From Oscillospiraceae bacterium (lineage in GTDB: Bacteria; Bacillota; Clostridia; Oscillospirales; CAG-272), in assembly GCA_015063325.1 (NCBI GenBank), contig SVUK01000004.1, positions 75,825 through 139,824 of the forward strand: a DNA stretch of 64,000 nucleotides, in the 5' to 3' direction. A program made the translations under genes and the position numbers. The notes beneath the pieces are model-generated. The model saw only the letters and a program-made list of their open reading frames with translations, made no database searches and had not been told where the DNA came from. Shown here piece by piece: positions 44,594 to 53,621 of the stretch (position 1 is the first letter of the stretch; each line of letters begins with the position of its first letter).

Positions 44594-45127
44594 TTATTTT
44601 TTGCCAAACGACGCGGTGTAGTTTGCAATCGCTTCTTCTATAACTTGTTTTGCTTCCATAGGACCGTAAAGGGATTTAACGTCGGTCTGCTTGTTTTCCA
44701 ACTGTTTGTAAACGGTGAAAAAGTGCAGGATTTCGTCAAAAATGTGGGCAGGCAGTTCGTCAATGGATTTAATGCCGAAATAGGAAGGATCGGAAAAGGG
44801 AACGGCAATGATCTTGTCGTCCATTTTTCCGCCATCCAGCATACGCATCATGCCAATGGGGTAAACGCGAACAATGGTTAAAGGGTAAATCGGTTCGGAG
44901 CAAAGTACCAAAACATCCAAAGGGTCGCCGTCGTCGGCGTAGGTGCGCGGAATAAAGCCGTAGTTTGCAGGGTAGTGGGTCGAAGTGTAAAGGATGCGGT
45001 CCAAACGTAAAAGGCCGGTGGTTTTATCCAGCTCATATTTGCATTTGCCGCCTTTCGGAATTTCGATCACCGCAGGAAAATCGTCTGCGTGAACGCTTTT
45101 GGGATCCATATCATGCCAAATATTCAT
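44594..45127 (-). CDS. ppa: Inorganic diphosphatase (family I)
   Basis: VIEIPKGGKCKYELD, YPANYGFIP and DGDPLDVLV. ATG 45127 follows AGGAGG. Confidence 0.92.
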   Translation of the reverse strand: MNIWHDMDPKSVHADDFPAVIEIPKGGKCKYELDKTTGLLRLDRILYTSTHYPANYGFIPRTYADDGDPLDVLVLCSEPIYPLTIVRVYPIGMMRMLDGGKMDDKIIAVPFSDPSYFGIKSIDELPAHIFDEILHFFTVYKQLENKQTDVKSLYGPMEAKQVIEEAIANYTASFGKK

Positions 45128-45318
45128 AAAAGCGCATCCTCCTGTTCTGTATTTGGAAAATTTTGTTTTTATAGTATAGCATAGAATTTGAAAAAACGCA
45201 AGTTTTTCAAACCAAAAAGCACAAATTTTTACAGAAAAAGGAAGAAAAGTTGCGTGCAAAGAGAAAAAACGGTCAATAATGCAAGCAGAATCCATCGAAA
45301 TGAGAAGGAGAATTGCTC

Positions 45319-45600
45319 ATGCAAATTGTAAAAGGCGCGCAACGCCGTATGGTGCAAATGCGCATCGGAGATAGCCCGTATTATGAGGAAGCGTTTTTTA
45401 TCGTAAGGAAAGATCTGCCCAAAATACAATTTCCGGAGCGCGAAATGCTGGCGGAGGCAAACCGGATTCTTGGCGACGGGGCAGTGCAGAAGGAGCGGAA
45501 AAAAGAAAGTATCGCAAAAAATCTGGCGTGGTTTTTCGGAGGAATGGTGCTCGGGCTCGGGCTCTCTTTGCTCGCTTTCTTTTTGCGGTTCGGCACTTGA
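45319..45600 (+). CDS. Small hypothetical protein with a C-terminal TM helix (93 aa)
   Basis: AAGGAG lies 8 nt upstream of ATG 45319. C-terminal LAWFFGGMVLGLGLSLLAFFL. Confidence 0.5.
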   Translation: MQIVKGAQRRMVQMRIGDSPYYEEAFFIVRKDLPKIQFPEREMLAEANRILGDGAVQKERKKESIAKNLAWFFGGMVLGLGLSLLAFFLRFGT

Positions 45601-45625
45601 CAAATCGTTTGTTTTGTGGTAAACT
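45597..45625 (+). promoter_or_regulatory. Sigma-A promoter upstream of a ~230-nt rnj leader
   Basis: TTGACA (overlapping the stop of the preceding small ORF), 17 nt ending in TGg, then TAAACT. Confidence 0.6.
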
Positions 45626-45859
45626 GTCCAAAGGATCAACTGCCGCCCATGCGCGGCAGAAGCGTTGAACGGTGCAAAAAGCGAAAGGCTTTTTGTTGAC
45701 AATTCGACCGACCTCAACCCGTGCGGCGAGCGGTGCCGTACGCGGAGGAGGTCTGTTTTCCGTGCGTTTTTTCGCAATTTCTACATCTATTACCGTTATT
45801 ACCGAATCGTTATCGGGGAGGGGAATCCCCGTTTGCATTGCCGAAAGAAAGGAGATTTT

Positions 45860-47581
45860 ATGGCAAGAAGACAACAACAAACAAAAACAAGAAGAAAACC
45901 CCAAAAGCCGGCAGGGAAAGTTCGCGTCATTCCGCTCGGGGGACTTGGCGAGATTGGTAAAAATATGACCGTGGTGGAATACGAGCAGGATATGATCGTT
46001 ATTGACTGCGGCATTGGCTTTCCCGACGAGGAAATGCCGGGCATCGACTTTGTCATTCCCGATTTTTCCTATCTGGAAGCCAACAAGGACCGCATTCGCG
46101 GCGTGTTTCTCACCCATGGACACGAGGATCATATCGGCGGCGTCCCCTATTTGCTCAGAAATCTGAACCTAACGGTCTATGGAACGCCGCTGACATTGGG
46201 AATCCTGCGCGGCAAACTGGAGGAGCAGCCGTTGCCGTGGCAGGCGGACCTGAAAACCGTCAAACCGGGCGACAAAATCCGCGCCGGAGCCATGACGGTA
46301 GAGTTTATTCATGTCAACCATTCCATCGCCGATGCCTGCGCGTTTGCCATTCATACGCCGCTCGGCGTGCTGATCCACACAGGAGATTTTAAGCTGGATA
46401 CCACGCCCATCGAGGGAGAAATGATGGATCTGGTTCGTCTCGGAGAGCTGGGGAAACAGGGCGTTTTGCTTCTGATGTGCGAGTCCACAAATGCCGAGCG
46501 CCCGGGGTATACGCCGAGCGAAAAGAAGGTCGGCGCGTCGCTGGAATACATTTTCACAACACATACAAAAAAGAGAATCATCATTGCAACCTTTTCTTCC
46601 AACGTTCACCGTGTCCAGCAAATTATCAACACCAGTGCGCGACATAAGCGCAAAGTTGCCATCACCGGCAGGAGCATGATCAACATTGTCAATGCCGCTG
46701 TCGAACTTGGGTATATGAAAGTTCCGAACGGCGTTTTGGTGGATATCAACGAAATTAAGCGGTATAAACCGAGCGAGTTAACGCTCATTACTACCGGCAG
46801 TCAGGGCGAACCCATGTCGGCGCTTTACCGCATGGCTTTTTCCGACCACGCACAGGTATCGCTGGATGCAAACGATGTGGTGGTGCTTTCGTCAAGCGCT
46901 ATTCCGGGCAATGAAAAGCTGGTGGGCAGAATCATCAATGAACTCTCGCGCAACGAGGTGGAGGTTTTGCACGATGCGTTTGTCGAAGTTCATGTTTCGG
47001 GGCATGCCTGCCAGGAGGAGCTGAAACTCATGCAGGCACTTACCAAACCGAAGTATTTTATGCCTGTCCACGGGGAAAACCGCCATCTTTCCGCCAACCG
47101 CGAGTTGGCAAAATATTTGGGAATGAACGATCGCAATATTTTCATTTCCGAAATCGGAAAGGTGCTGGAAATCGACGCGTCGGGTGCTCGCTGGAGCGGA
47201 ACCGTTCCGGCAGGAAAGGTGTTGGTGGACGGCTACGGAGTGGGAGATGTAGGCAACATTGTGCTTAACGATCGGCTGCATTTGGCGCAGGATGGGTTGA
47301 TCGTCGTCGTTGCAACCATGGATTGCAGCGCGCGCCTCTTGCTTTCGGGACCCGATCTTATCTCGCGCGGTTTCGTATTTGTAAGGGAAAGCGAGGACTT
47401 GATGGAAGGCGCAAAACGCGTCGCGGAAAACACCATTGACGATGTTTTAACCTTTTCGCGCCGGCGCGAACCCATTGACCGAATGCTGCTTAAACGCCGC
47501 ATTAAGGATGATCTTGCGAAATATTTGTATCAAAAAACTAAGCGAAAACCCATGATTTTACCGGTCATTATGGATATTTAA
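45860..47581 (+). CDS. rnj: Ribonuclease J
   Basis: VIPLGGLGEIGKNMTVVEY, the metallo-beta-lactamase motif HGHEDHIGG, and beta-CASP plus C-terminal domains. SD AAAGGAGA. Confidence 0.92.
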   Translation: MARRQQQTKTRRKPQKPAGKVRVIPLGGLGEIGKNMTVVEYEQDMIVIDCGIGFPDEEMPGIDFVIPDFSYLEANKDRIRGVFLTHGHEDHIGGVPYLLRNLNLTVYGTPLTLGILRGKLEEQPLPWQADLKTVKPGDKIRAGAMTVEFIHVNHSIADACAFAIHTPLGVLIHTGDFKLDTTPIEGEMMDLVRLGELGKQGVLLLMCESTNAERPGYTPSEKKVGASLEYIFTTHTKKRIIIATFSSNVHRVQQIINTSARHKRKVAITGRSMINIVNAAVELGYMKVPNGVLVDINEIKRYKPSELTLITTGSQGEPMSALYRMAFSDHAQVSLDANDVVVLSSSAIPGNEKLVGRIINELSRNEVEVLHDAFVEVHVSGHACQEELKLMQALTKPKYFMPVHGENRHLSANRELAKYLGMNDRNIFISEIGKVLEIDASGARWSGTVPAGKVLVDGYGVGDVGNIVLNDRLHLAQDGLIVVVATMDCSARLLLSGPDLISRGFVFVRESEDLMEGAKRVAENTIDDVLTFSRRREPIDRMLLKRRIKDDLAKYLYQKTKRKPMILPVIMDI

Positions 47582-47711
47582 TATATTTTAATAAAAATAA
47601 ACTTTTTGTTCATGATTTATTCAAAAAAATTGTATATAATAGGATCAGTTTCTTGTCCCGGTTTCAGTCCGGCAGGATTCCGAAAATTCATAAAAAAGAG
47701 GAGTATCTCAA

Positions 47712-50201
47712 ATGGGAAAAGGAAATCGAAGCAGAGATGGTCGTAATGTCGACGATTCCATCCTGACCAAAACCCCAAAAACGAAAAAACAGAAAAAAGG
47801 GCGCCGTCCAATGCCAAAATGGATTGTACCGACGTTGGTTGCCATTGTAGCAATCGCCGTTGTGTTTGCCATTGTTTTCAGCGCGCTGATCAACAACGGC
47901 GTTTTCAAGCGTAACAACGTTTTGGTCAAGAGCCAACAGCAAAATAAATATAACCTTAATCAGCTTTCGGCTCAAATTATGTTGTGGTATTCCGGTTGGA
48001 TGCAGGGACAGAACGCTTATTACAGTACCATCAGTACTTCCGCCGAGTACAATCAGAACACCGAATTTTCCTGGTGCTGGGCATATGCCGGCACTTCGCA
48101 GAGTAATTTGCAGGATGTTGTGAAAGACAGTGCCGCGTGGTTGGAGGAGCTGGTTGCGCTTTGCGATTGGGGCATGAAGAATAATATTCCCTTTACCGCC
48201 GAGGATGAAGAAACGGCTTACGATTCCTTCGTTTCTGCATTTAAGTCACAGGCAAAGAGCTACTATAAATACGCTTACGATATTGGATTTTCCAACGAAA
48301 ACGGAGAAACCGAAAAGTATCCCTATGATTACTCCAGCTATGTTGACTATCCCTCCTATCCCTATTTCAGTGGCTTTATCAGAAATGTTTTCGGCAATGG
48401 CATCAAATCCGAGGATTTCCGCCGCGCCGCGAACATTCTAACCTATGCCAGCCGTGTGAAGACATTGAAAGCGGGCGAATTCTGGAATGCCGACGCCGAA
48501 ACGATTGCAGAGGAACTGAAAAAGAATCCCGATTTGTACTATACAATGGATTATCTGAAGTTTGCTGCCGACGATTCCGACTTTGCGGATCAGCTGAAAG
48601 CGGCGAGCAACGCAGATGAATTCAAAAAGCTGATTGTTGAGGATTATATCAAAAACAACTATTTCGGCGAATACAACAAACTGTTTGCCGATGCACTTTT
48701 GGAATCTCTGAAGAATAAGACGGGCGAAGAGCTTGCCGCCGCTTTGGAGGAGAATGGTCTGACTGCGGTCGATTTTGAAAAGCCGGCCGAAGAACCTGCC
48801 GACGAGGAGGGTACGGATGATGCCGAATCGACCGAAGGGGAAGGCGATGCCGAAGGAGGAGAAACGCAAGAAGGAGAATCGGAAGAAGGAGACGAAACCG
48901 GTGAAACTACTTCTGCGCTGACCCAAAAGCAGTCGGATTGGCTCTTTGATAAAAATCGTGCTGCAAACGATATGGATATTGTCACCGAAGAGGACGAATC
49001 CGCTACGCTTTTGGTTATCACCGAGGTCACCAAGGACGATGAAGGCAACGTTACTGCTGTTAAAGCAGTTGTTAAGAATTTCTCCGAAGTTCTTTCTGAG
49101 GAAGATTACTACGCGCTGATCAACGAGGTTTGCCACCATCTTGACCTGCCGCACGATCATGAAGCGCACGCGCATGATGAAGAGGGGGAGCAGGAAGGCG
49201 ACGCTGAGCCCATCGAAGGAGAGGGCGAGGGTGAAGAGGCAGCCGAAGAGGAGATTGCATACTGGGATGACCTGGTAGAGGCAATGGAGTCCGGTGCAAA
49301 TAGCAAACTGCCCTCCGAAAGCACGATTTATTATGTCAAAGCCGTCGATCTGGAAAAAGAGATTGATGAACTGAAAACCGGTTTGGAAGAGGCGGAAGAC
49401 AAAGCTGCATATCTGCAAGAAAAAGGTATTGCAGAGAATCTCGGAATGGCAGAGGATAAAATTGACGAAGCATTGAAAGCTGTCCTTTTCCCTGCGGAAG
49501 GAACCGTTGAAGCCGGTTCGATTTTGATCGTTGATGCCGACGACGGCGACACCAAACATCTTGTCTATGTCACCGAGGTAAAGACCGAGGGTGAAGGCGA
49601 AGAGGAAAAAACACTGGTCAGCTTCTATGATTATTCCGTTTCAAAATACTCCAATGAATTCAGCAAATTCCTGTTTGAGGGTGTAAACGAGGAAACCATG
49701 ACCGGTGCGCCCGAAGTCAACGCAACTTTTGTCGGAGAAGATGAAAAGACGGTTTATATCATCACCAAAGCGCTTGACCTTGGCAAGGATGCCGTTCGCG
49801 GCGGATATATTTCCTATAGCGATAAGGAAACTGCCGATGCCGATTTGAAGAAATTGGAAGGGCTTACCGGAATCGAGCTTTTGAATAAGCTTGCCGAAAT
49901 CAATTCGAGTGCCACCACTTCCAATAAGATCACCGAGACCGCTGTTTCGTCTGCGGACCTAAAAGCATGGTTGTTTGACGAAACGCGCAAAGCAAACGAT
50001 GCCGCTGTGGTTTATCAAGAAGATGAGGACGGCAACATTTTGAACGGCATTTATCTTGCCGTATTCCTGGATAAAACGAGTGCCGGTGAGAGCGACGCGC
50101 GCACGAACATTGCCGATGAAAAGGCAGACGATTTTGCACGCAAACTTGCTGAGGACGGCGGTTATAAGCTTTCTGAAAAGGCGCTTGCAAAAATTAAATA
50201 A
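47712..50201 (+). CDS. Large membrane-anchored acidic protein of unknown function (829 aa)
   Basis: Basic N-terminus plus a single TM helix (WIVPTLVAIVAIAVVFAIVFSAL), then a long Asp/Glu-rich ectodomain with two low-complexity acidic blocks. No catalytic motif seen. Confidence 0.6.
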   Translation: MGKGNRSRDGRNVDDSILTKTPKTKKQKKGRRPMPKWIVPTLVAIVAIAVVFAIVFSALINNGVFKRNNVLVKSQQQNKYNLNQLSAQIMLWYSGWMQGQNAYYSTISTSAEYNQNTEFSWCWAYAGTSQSNLQDVVKDSAAWLEELVALCDWGMKNNIPFTAEDEETAYDSFVSAFKSQAKSYYKYAYDIGFSNENGETEKYPYDYSSYVDYPSYPYFSGFIRNVFGNGIKSEDFRRAANILTYASRVKTLKAGEFWNADAETIAEELKKNPDLYYTMDYLKFAADDSDFADQLKAASNADEFKKLIVEDYIKNNYFGEYNKLFADALLESLKNKTGEELAAALEENGLTAVDFEKPAEEPADEEGTDDAESTEGEGDAEGGETQEGESEEGDETGETTSALTQKQSDWLFDKNRAANDMDIVTEEDESATLLVITEVTKDDEGNVTAVKAVVKNFSEVLSEEDYYALINEVCHHLDLPHDHEAHAHDEEGEQEGDAEPIEGEGEGEEAAEEEIAYWDDLVEAMESGANSKLPSESTIYYVKAVDLEKEIDELKTGLEEAEDKAAYLQEKGIAENLGMAEDKIDEALKAVLFPAEGTVEAGSILIVDADDGDTKHLVYVTEVKTEGEGEEEKTLVSFYDYSVSKYSNEFSKFLFEGVNEETMTGAPEVNATFVGEDEKTVYIITKALDLGKDAVRGGYISYSDKETADADLKKLEGLTGIELLNKLAEINSSATTSNKITETAVSSADLKAWLFDETRKANDAAVVYQEDEDGNILNGIYLAVFLDKTSAGESDARTNIADEKADDFARKLAEDGGYKLSEKALAKIK

Positions 50202-50330
50202 TCAAATCACCGAATAAAAAAGCAAAATGGCATGGATCAAATTCCGTGCCATTTTGTAACGGGACGCATATCCTGTTTGGTGAAAAAGCCATTCTTTTCC
50301 GCATTTGCGGAAAGGGGAAATGAGGAAAAC

Positions 50331-50993
50331 ATGATTTTGGATGCCAAGCAAACAACGGTCGCCTATCGCTGCCCCCATTGCGGAAGTGCGGTTTTGAGTG
50401 CCGTCGGACTTTTGTCGCTGACCGGCTCGGCAGACCTCGTCAAGCTCAAGTGCACCTGCGGAAAAAGCGAGCTTTCGGTCACATACGGCAAGGATGCAAA
50501 AATCCGGTTGAGCGTTCCGTGTCTTGCCTGTGGCAAACCGCATTCTTTTACGGTATCGTCCAAGGTCTTTTTCGGCAAGGAGTTGTTTACGCTGCCCTGC
50601 CCGTATACCGATTTGAACATTGCCGCAACGGGCGAGATCAATCAGGTGAAAGCCGAAATGGCAAGGAGCGAGCTGGAGCTGTTGGATTTGCTGGAAAAGA
50701 GCGGAATTAAGGATCCCGAGCGCCTGCGTGCCGAGGAACAGGCTTTGCCCGATCCGCAAATTGCCGAAATCGTCTCATACGTCATCGGCGAATTGGATGA
50801 AGAGGGGAAAATTTATTGCAAATGCCATCCGGCGAATACCAAAAAAATGAAGGAAAGCGTGTACGACGTGGAAATGAGGGACGAGGGTGTTCTGGTGCGT
50901 TGTCAAACCTGCGGAGCGGAGCGGCTGATTCCAACTGACAGCGGACTCTCGGCGCATGCATTTCTCAATGCCGACGCACTTTATTTGGAATAA
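50331..50993 (+). CDS. Hypothetical protein with multiple CxxC zinc-ribbon-like pairs (220 aa)
   Basis: CPHCG..CTCG..CLACG at the N-terminus and CKC..CQTCG at the C-terminus. ATG 50331 follows GAGGA. Confidence 0.55.
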   Translation: MILDAKQTTVAYRCPHCGSAVLSAVGLLSLTGSADLVKLKCTCGKSELSVTYGKDAKIRLSVPCLACGKPHSFTVSSKVFFGKELFTLPCPYTDLNIAATGEINQVKAEMARSELELLDLLEKSGIKDPERLRAEEQALPDPQIAEIVSYVIGELDEEGKIYCKCHPANTKKMKESVYDVEMRDEGVLVRCQTCGAERLIPTDSGLSAHAFLNADALYLE

Positions 50994-51008
50994 AAGAAGG
51001 AGACCGCT

Positions 51009-51596
51009 TTGAAAAATATGAAAAGTCAGCAGGCGCTTTCCGAAAAAGCCGAGGAAACGCTTACCTCGGAACTGTTGTTCGACGGCAGAATCATTCATTT
51101 GTATCATGATACCGTTCGTCTGCCGGACGGCGCCGTGCATGATCGGGAGTACGTCCGGCATATCGGCGGCGTTTGCGTTTTGCCGCTGGACGACGACGGA
51201 CAAGTCACCTGCGTGCGCCAGTACCGCTATCCGTTCGGCGAAGTGTTAACCGAGCTTCCGGCAGGAAAGCTGGATTGGAAGGATGAAGATCGCGCGCTTG
51301 CCGCATTGCGCGAATTGCGCGAGGAGACCGGCTATCGGTGCGAAAAACTAACCTTTTTGGGCAAATTTTATCCGTCTCCGGCAATTTTGGATGAAGTGAT
51401 CGGATTATATCTTGCCGAGGGGCTGACCGCCGGGGAGATGGATTTGGACGAGGACGAGTTCCTTTCCAACGTCCGCTATCCGCTTTCGGTTTTGGTGGAC
51501 GAGGTGCAAAAGGGAAACCTGCCCGATGGCAAAACGCAGGCGGCAATTTTGCGAACGGCGGATCTGTTGCGTCGCAGGAAAGAGGAAAAATCATGA
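51009..51596 (+). CDS. NUDIX hydrolase (ADP-ribose pyrophosphatase-like)
   Basis: Nudix box GKLDWKDEDRALAALRELREETGY. The TTG start lies 7-8 nt after AAGGAG (ATG 51018 is an alternative). Confidence 0.85.
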   Translation: MKNMKSQQALSEKAEETLTSELLFDGRIIHLYHDTVRLPDGAVHDREYVRHIGGVCVLPLDDDGQVTCVRQYRYPFGEVLTELPAGKLDWKDEDRALAALRELREETGYRCEKLTFLGKFYPSPAILDEVIGLYLAEGLTAGEMDLDEDEFLSNVRYPLSVLVDEVQKGNLPDGKTQAAILRTADLLRRRKEEKS

Positions 51597-52210
51597 AGAA
51601 CGAACGGGAAATTTCGGTTCGTATTTTGACCGAGCGAACCGGATTTGAAATGCCCTTGGGCGGATTGTTCGGCGCAATCCCTGCGGATTTTTTGCCGGGA
51701 GCAGAGGATTTGCCCGAGGAGGATTTGCCGGAGGAACCCGACGACGAAGCGGCACCGCCTGCCGAAGAGGAAATGAACAATGAGCAACCGGAAGGAGAGG
51801 CCTTTCCGGCGGAGGATACCATCCTTTCCCAAGAGGAGACCGTACCCGAAAAGAGCGAATTTTTTGCTGTCGGCAAACTGGTGGAAACCGATGACCGGCT
51901 GGAGATTGTCTATGAGGAAAGCGTGCTGACCGGGATGGAAGGATCGCTTACCAGCGTTGGTTTTTCCAAATCCGCGCCGGAAATTGTTACCATGGTGCGG
52001 CAAGGATTTGTGGATACCGCTCTTGTTTTTGAAAGGGGGAAATGGCATATTTCGATTTATCAAACGCCGTTTTCCGAATTCGAGCTTTCCGTTTGCGCCC
52101 TTTCGGTGCAAAATTTGCTTGTGCAAGAGGGCGTCATCAGCTTGGATTACGTAACCGAATTGCACGGTGCGCGTACCGAGCGGTGCAAAATGCAAATTAT
52201 CATCGGCTGA
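51593..52210 (+). CDS. DUF1934 (YwiB-like beta-barrel) protein with an acidic insertion
   Basis: The IVYEES....VTMVRQG...LVFERGKWHISIYQTPFSEFELSV...LDYVTEL pattern. ATGA overlap with the NUDIX gene. Confidence 0.68.
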   Translation: MKNEREISVRILTERTGFEMPLGGLFGAIPADFLPGAEDLPEEDLPEEPDDEAAPPAEEEMNNEQPEGEAFPAEDTILSQEETVPEKSEFFAVGKLVETDDRLEIVYEESVLTGMEGSLTSVGFSKSAPEIVTMVRQGFVDTALVFERGKWHISIYQTPFSEFELSVCALSVQNLLVQEGVISLDYVTELHGARTERCKMQIIIG

Positions 52211-52271
52211 TCCTTTTTGCGGCGGCTCTCCGAAAAGGGAGCCGCCGCATGGCAGTTTGCGCCAAAGGGAC

Positions 52272-52300
52272 TTGACATTTTAATCAAACGAGACTATAAT
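52272..52300 (+). promoter_or_regulatory. Perfect consensus sigma-A promoter of the COG0523 operon
   Basis: TTGACA, 17 nt, TATAAT. Confidence 0.8.
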
Positions 52301-52337
52301 AGAAAACGGAAATATTTAGAAAAAAGAAGGGATTTTT

Positions 52338-53603
52338 ATGACCAAAATTGATATTTTTTCCGGCTTTTTGGGTGCCGGAAAGACCACACTGATCAAAAAA
52401 CTGCTAAGGGAAGCCTACACCGGTGAAAAAATTGTCCTTATCGAAAACGAGTTCGGTCAAATCGGTATCGACGGCGGATTTTTGCAGGATGCCGGTATTA
52501 TTGTCAACGAAATGAACAGCGGTTGCATCTGTTGTTCTCTGGTCGGCGATTTCGGCAAGGCGCTTCAAAAGGTGCTTGCCGAGTATGCCCCCGACCGCAT
52601 TTTGATCGAGCCCTCGGGCGTCGGCAAACTTTCCGATATTATTCGAGCCGTGCAGAACGCCGCTGCGGACGGTGCCGTGCTCAACGGATTTACCACCGTG
52701 GTGGATGCCGGCAAGTGCAAAATGTATATGAAGAATTTCGGCGAATTTTTCAATGATCAGGTTGAAAACGCCGGGTGCATCATTCTTTCGCATACACAAA
52801 TGACCGATGAGAAAAAGGTTGCCGAGGCGATTGAACTGCTCAAAGCACACAATTCTACCGCCGTTATCGTCGCCACCCCGTGGGACGAATTGGACGGCAA
52901 ACAATTGCTGGAAGCCATGGAGCGTCGCGATACCATCGAGGAAGAGCTTGCCCGCCTTGCCGAGCAGACCGAGCACGAGCATCACCACCACCATCATCAT
53001 GACGATGACGACGAGTGCGACGATCCCAATTGCTCCTGCCATCATCACCATGACGATGACGACGAAGATGAGCACGAACACCATCATCACCATCATCACG
53101 ATGATGATGACGATGAATGCGACGATCCCAACTGCTCCTGCCACCACCATCACGACGATGACGACGAGGACGAGCACGAGCACCACCATCACCACCACCA
53201 CGACGATGATGATGACGACGAATGCGACGATCCCGAATGCTCCTGCCACCATCATCACGACGATGATGACGAGGACGAGCACGAACATCACCATCACCAT
53301 CACCATCATCACCACGCCGACGACGTGTTTGTCAGTTGGGGCGTAGAAACCAACAAGGCGTTTGACGAGGAAGAACTCAAAACCATTCTGGAAACGCTGG
53401 TCGAGGAGCACAAATACGGCGTGATTTTGCGCGCCAAAGGCATTGTTGCCGGCAAGAACGGCAAGTGGATCCACTTTGACTATGTTCCCGGCGAGCCCGA
53501 CGTGCGCCACGGTTCCGCTGGCGTCATCGGCCGGCTCTGCGTCATTGGTTCTGGCATTCAAAAAGCGGCGCTTGCCGAGCTTTTCGGCGTGGAGAAAAAG
53601 TAA
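52338..53603 (+). CDS. COG0523 (CobW/ZigA/YeiR-type) G3E metallochaperone GTPase with a 115-aa His/Asp/Cys-rich tandem-repeat insertion
   Basis: Walker A GFLGAGKTTL, the CxCC motif GCICCS, and a CobW C-terminal domain (GVILRAKGIV...HFDYVPG). Confidence 0.85.
   Translation: MTKIDIFSGFLGAGKTTLIKKLLREAYTGEKIVLIENEFGQIGIDGGFLQDAGIIVNEMNSGCICCSLVGDFGKALQKVLAEYAPDRILIEPSGVGKLSDIIRAVQNAAADGAVLNGFTTVVDAGKCKMYMKNFGEFFNDQVENAGCIILSHTQMTDEKKVAEAIELLKAHNSTAVIVATPWDELDGKQLLEAMERRDTIEEELARLAEQTEHEHHHHHHHDDDDECDDPNCSCHHHHDDDDEDEHEHHHHHHHDDDDDECDDPNCSCHHHHDDDDEDEHEHHHHHHHDDDDDDECDDPECSCHHHHDDDDEDEHEHHHHHHHHHHADDVFVSWGVETNKAFDEEELKTILETLVEEHKYGVILRAKGIVAGKNGKWIHFDYVPGEPDVRHGSAGVIGRLCVIGSGIQKAALAELFGVEKK
52971..53315 (+). 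repeat. 3.5 in-frame tandem repeats (~33-35 codons each) encoding EHEHHHHHHHDDDD(D)ECDDP(N/E)CSCHHHHDDDDED
   Basis: Read directly from the translation. The copies differ at synonymous His and Asp codons (cac/cat, gac/gat). Confidence 0.9.
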
Positions 53604-53621
53604 TTTAAGGGAGAAAGAAAC

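Noticed and set aside
52219-52248. GC hairpin GCGGCGGCTC-n10-GAGCCGCCGC after the DUF1934 gene as an intrinsic terminator
   Set aside because: The stem is strong, but no T-run follows on either strand, so I did not list it as a terminator. It may still pause or stabilise the transcript.
52404-53561. 385-aa minus-strand ORF rich in V/M/I runs
   Set aside because: It is the reverse-complement reading of the His/Asp repeat of the COG0523 gene (GTG/ATG/ATC codons mirror CAC/CAT/GAT). It is a compositional artefact.
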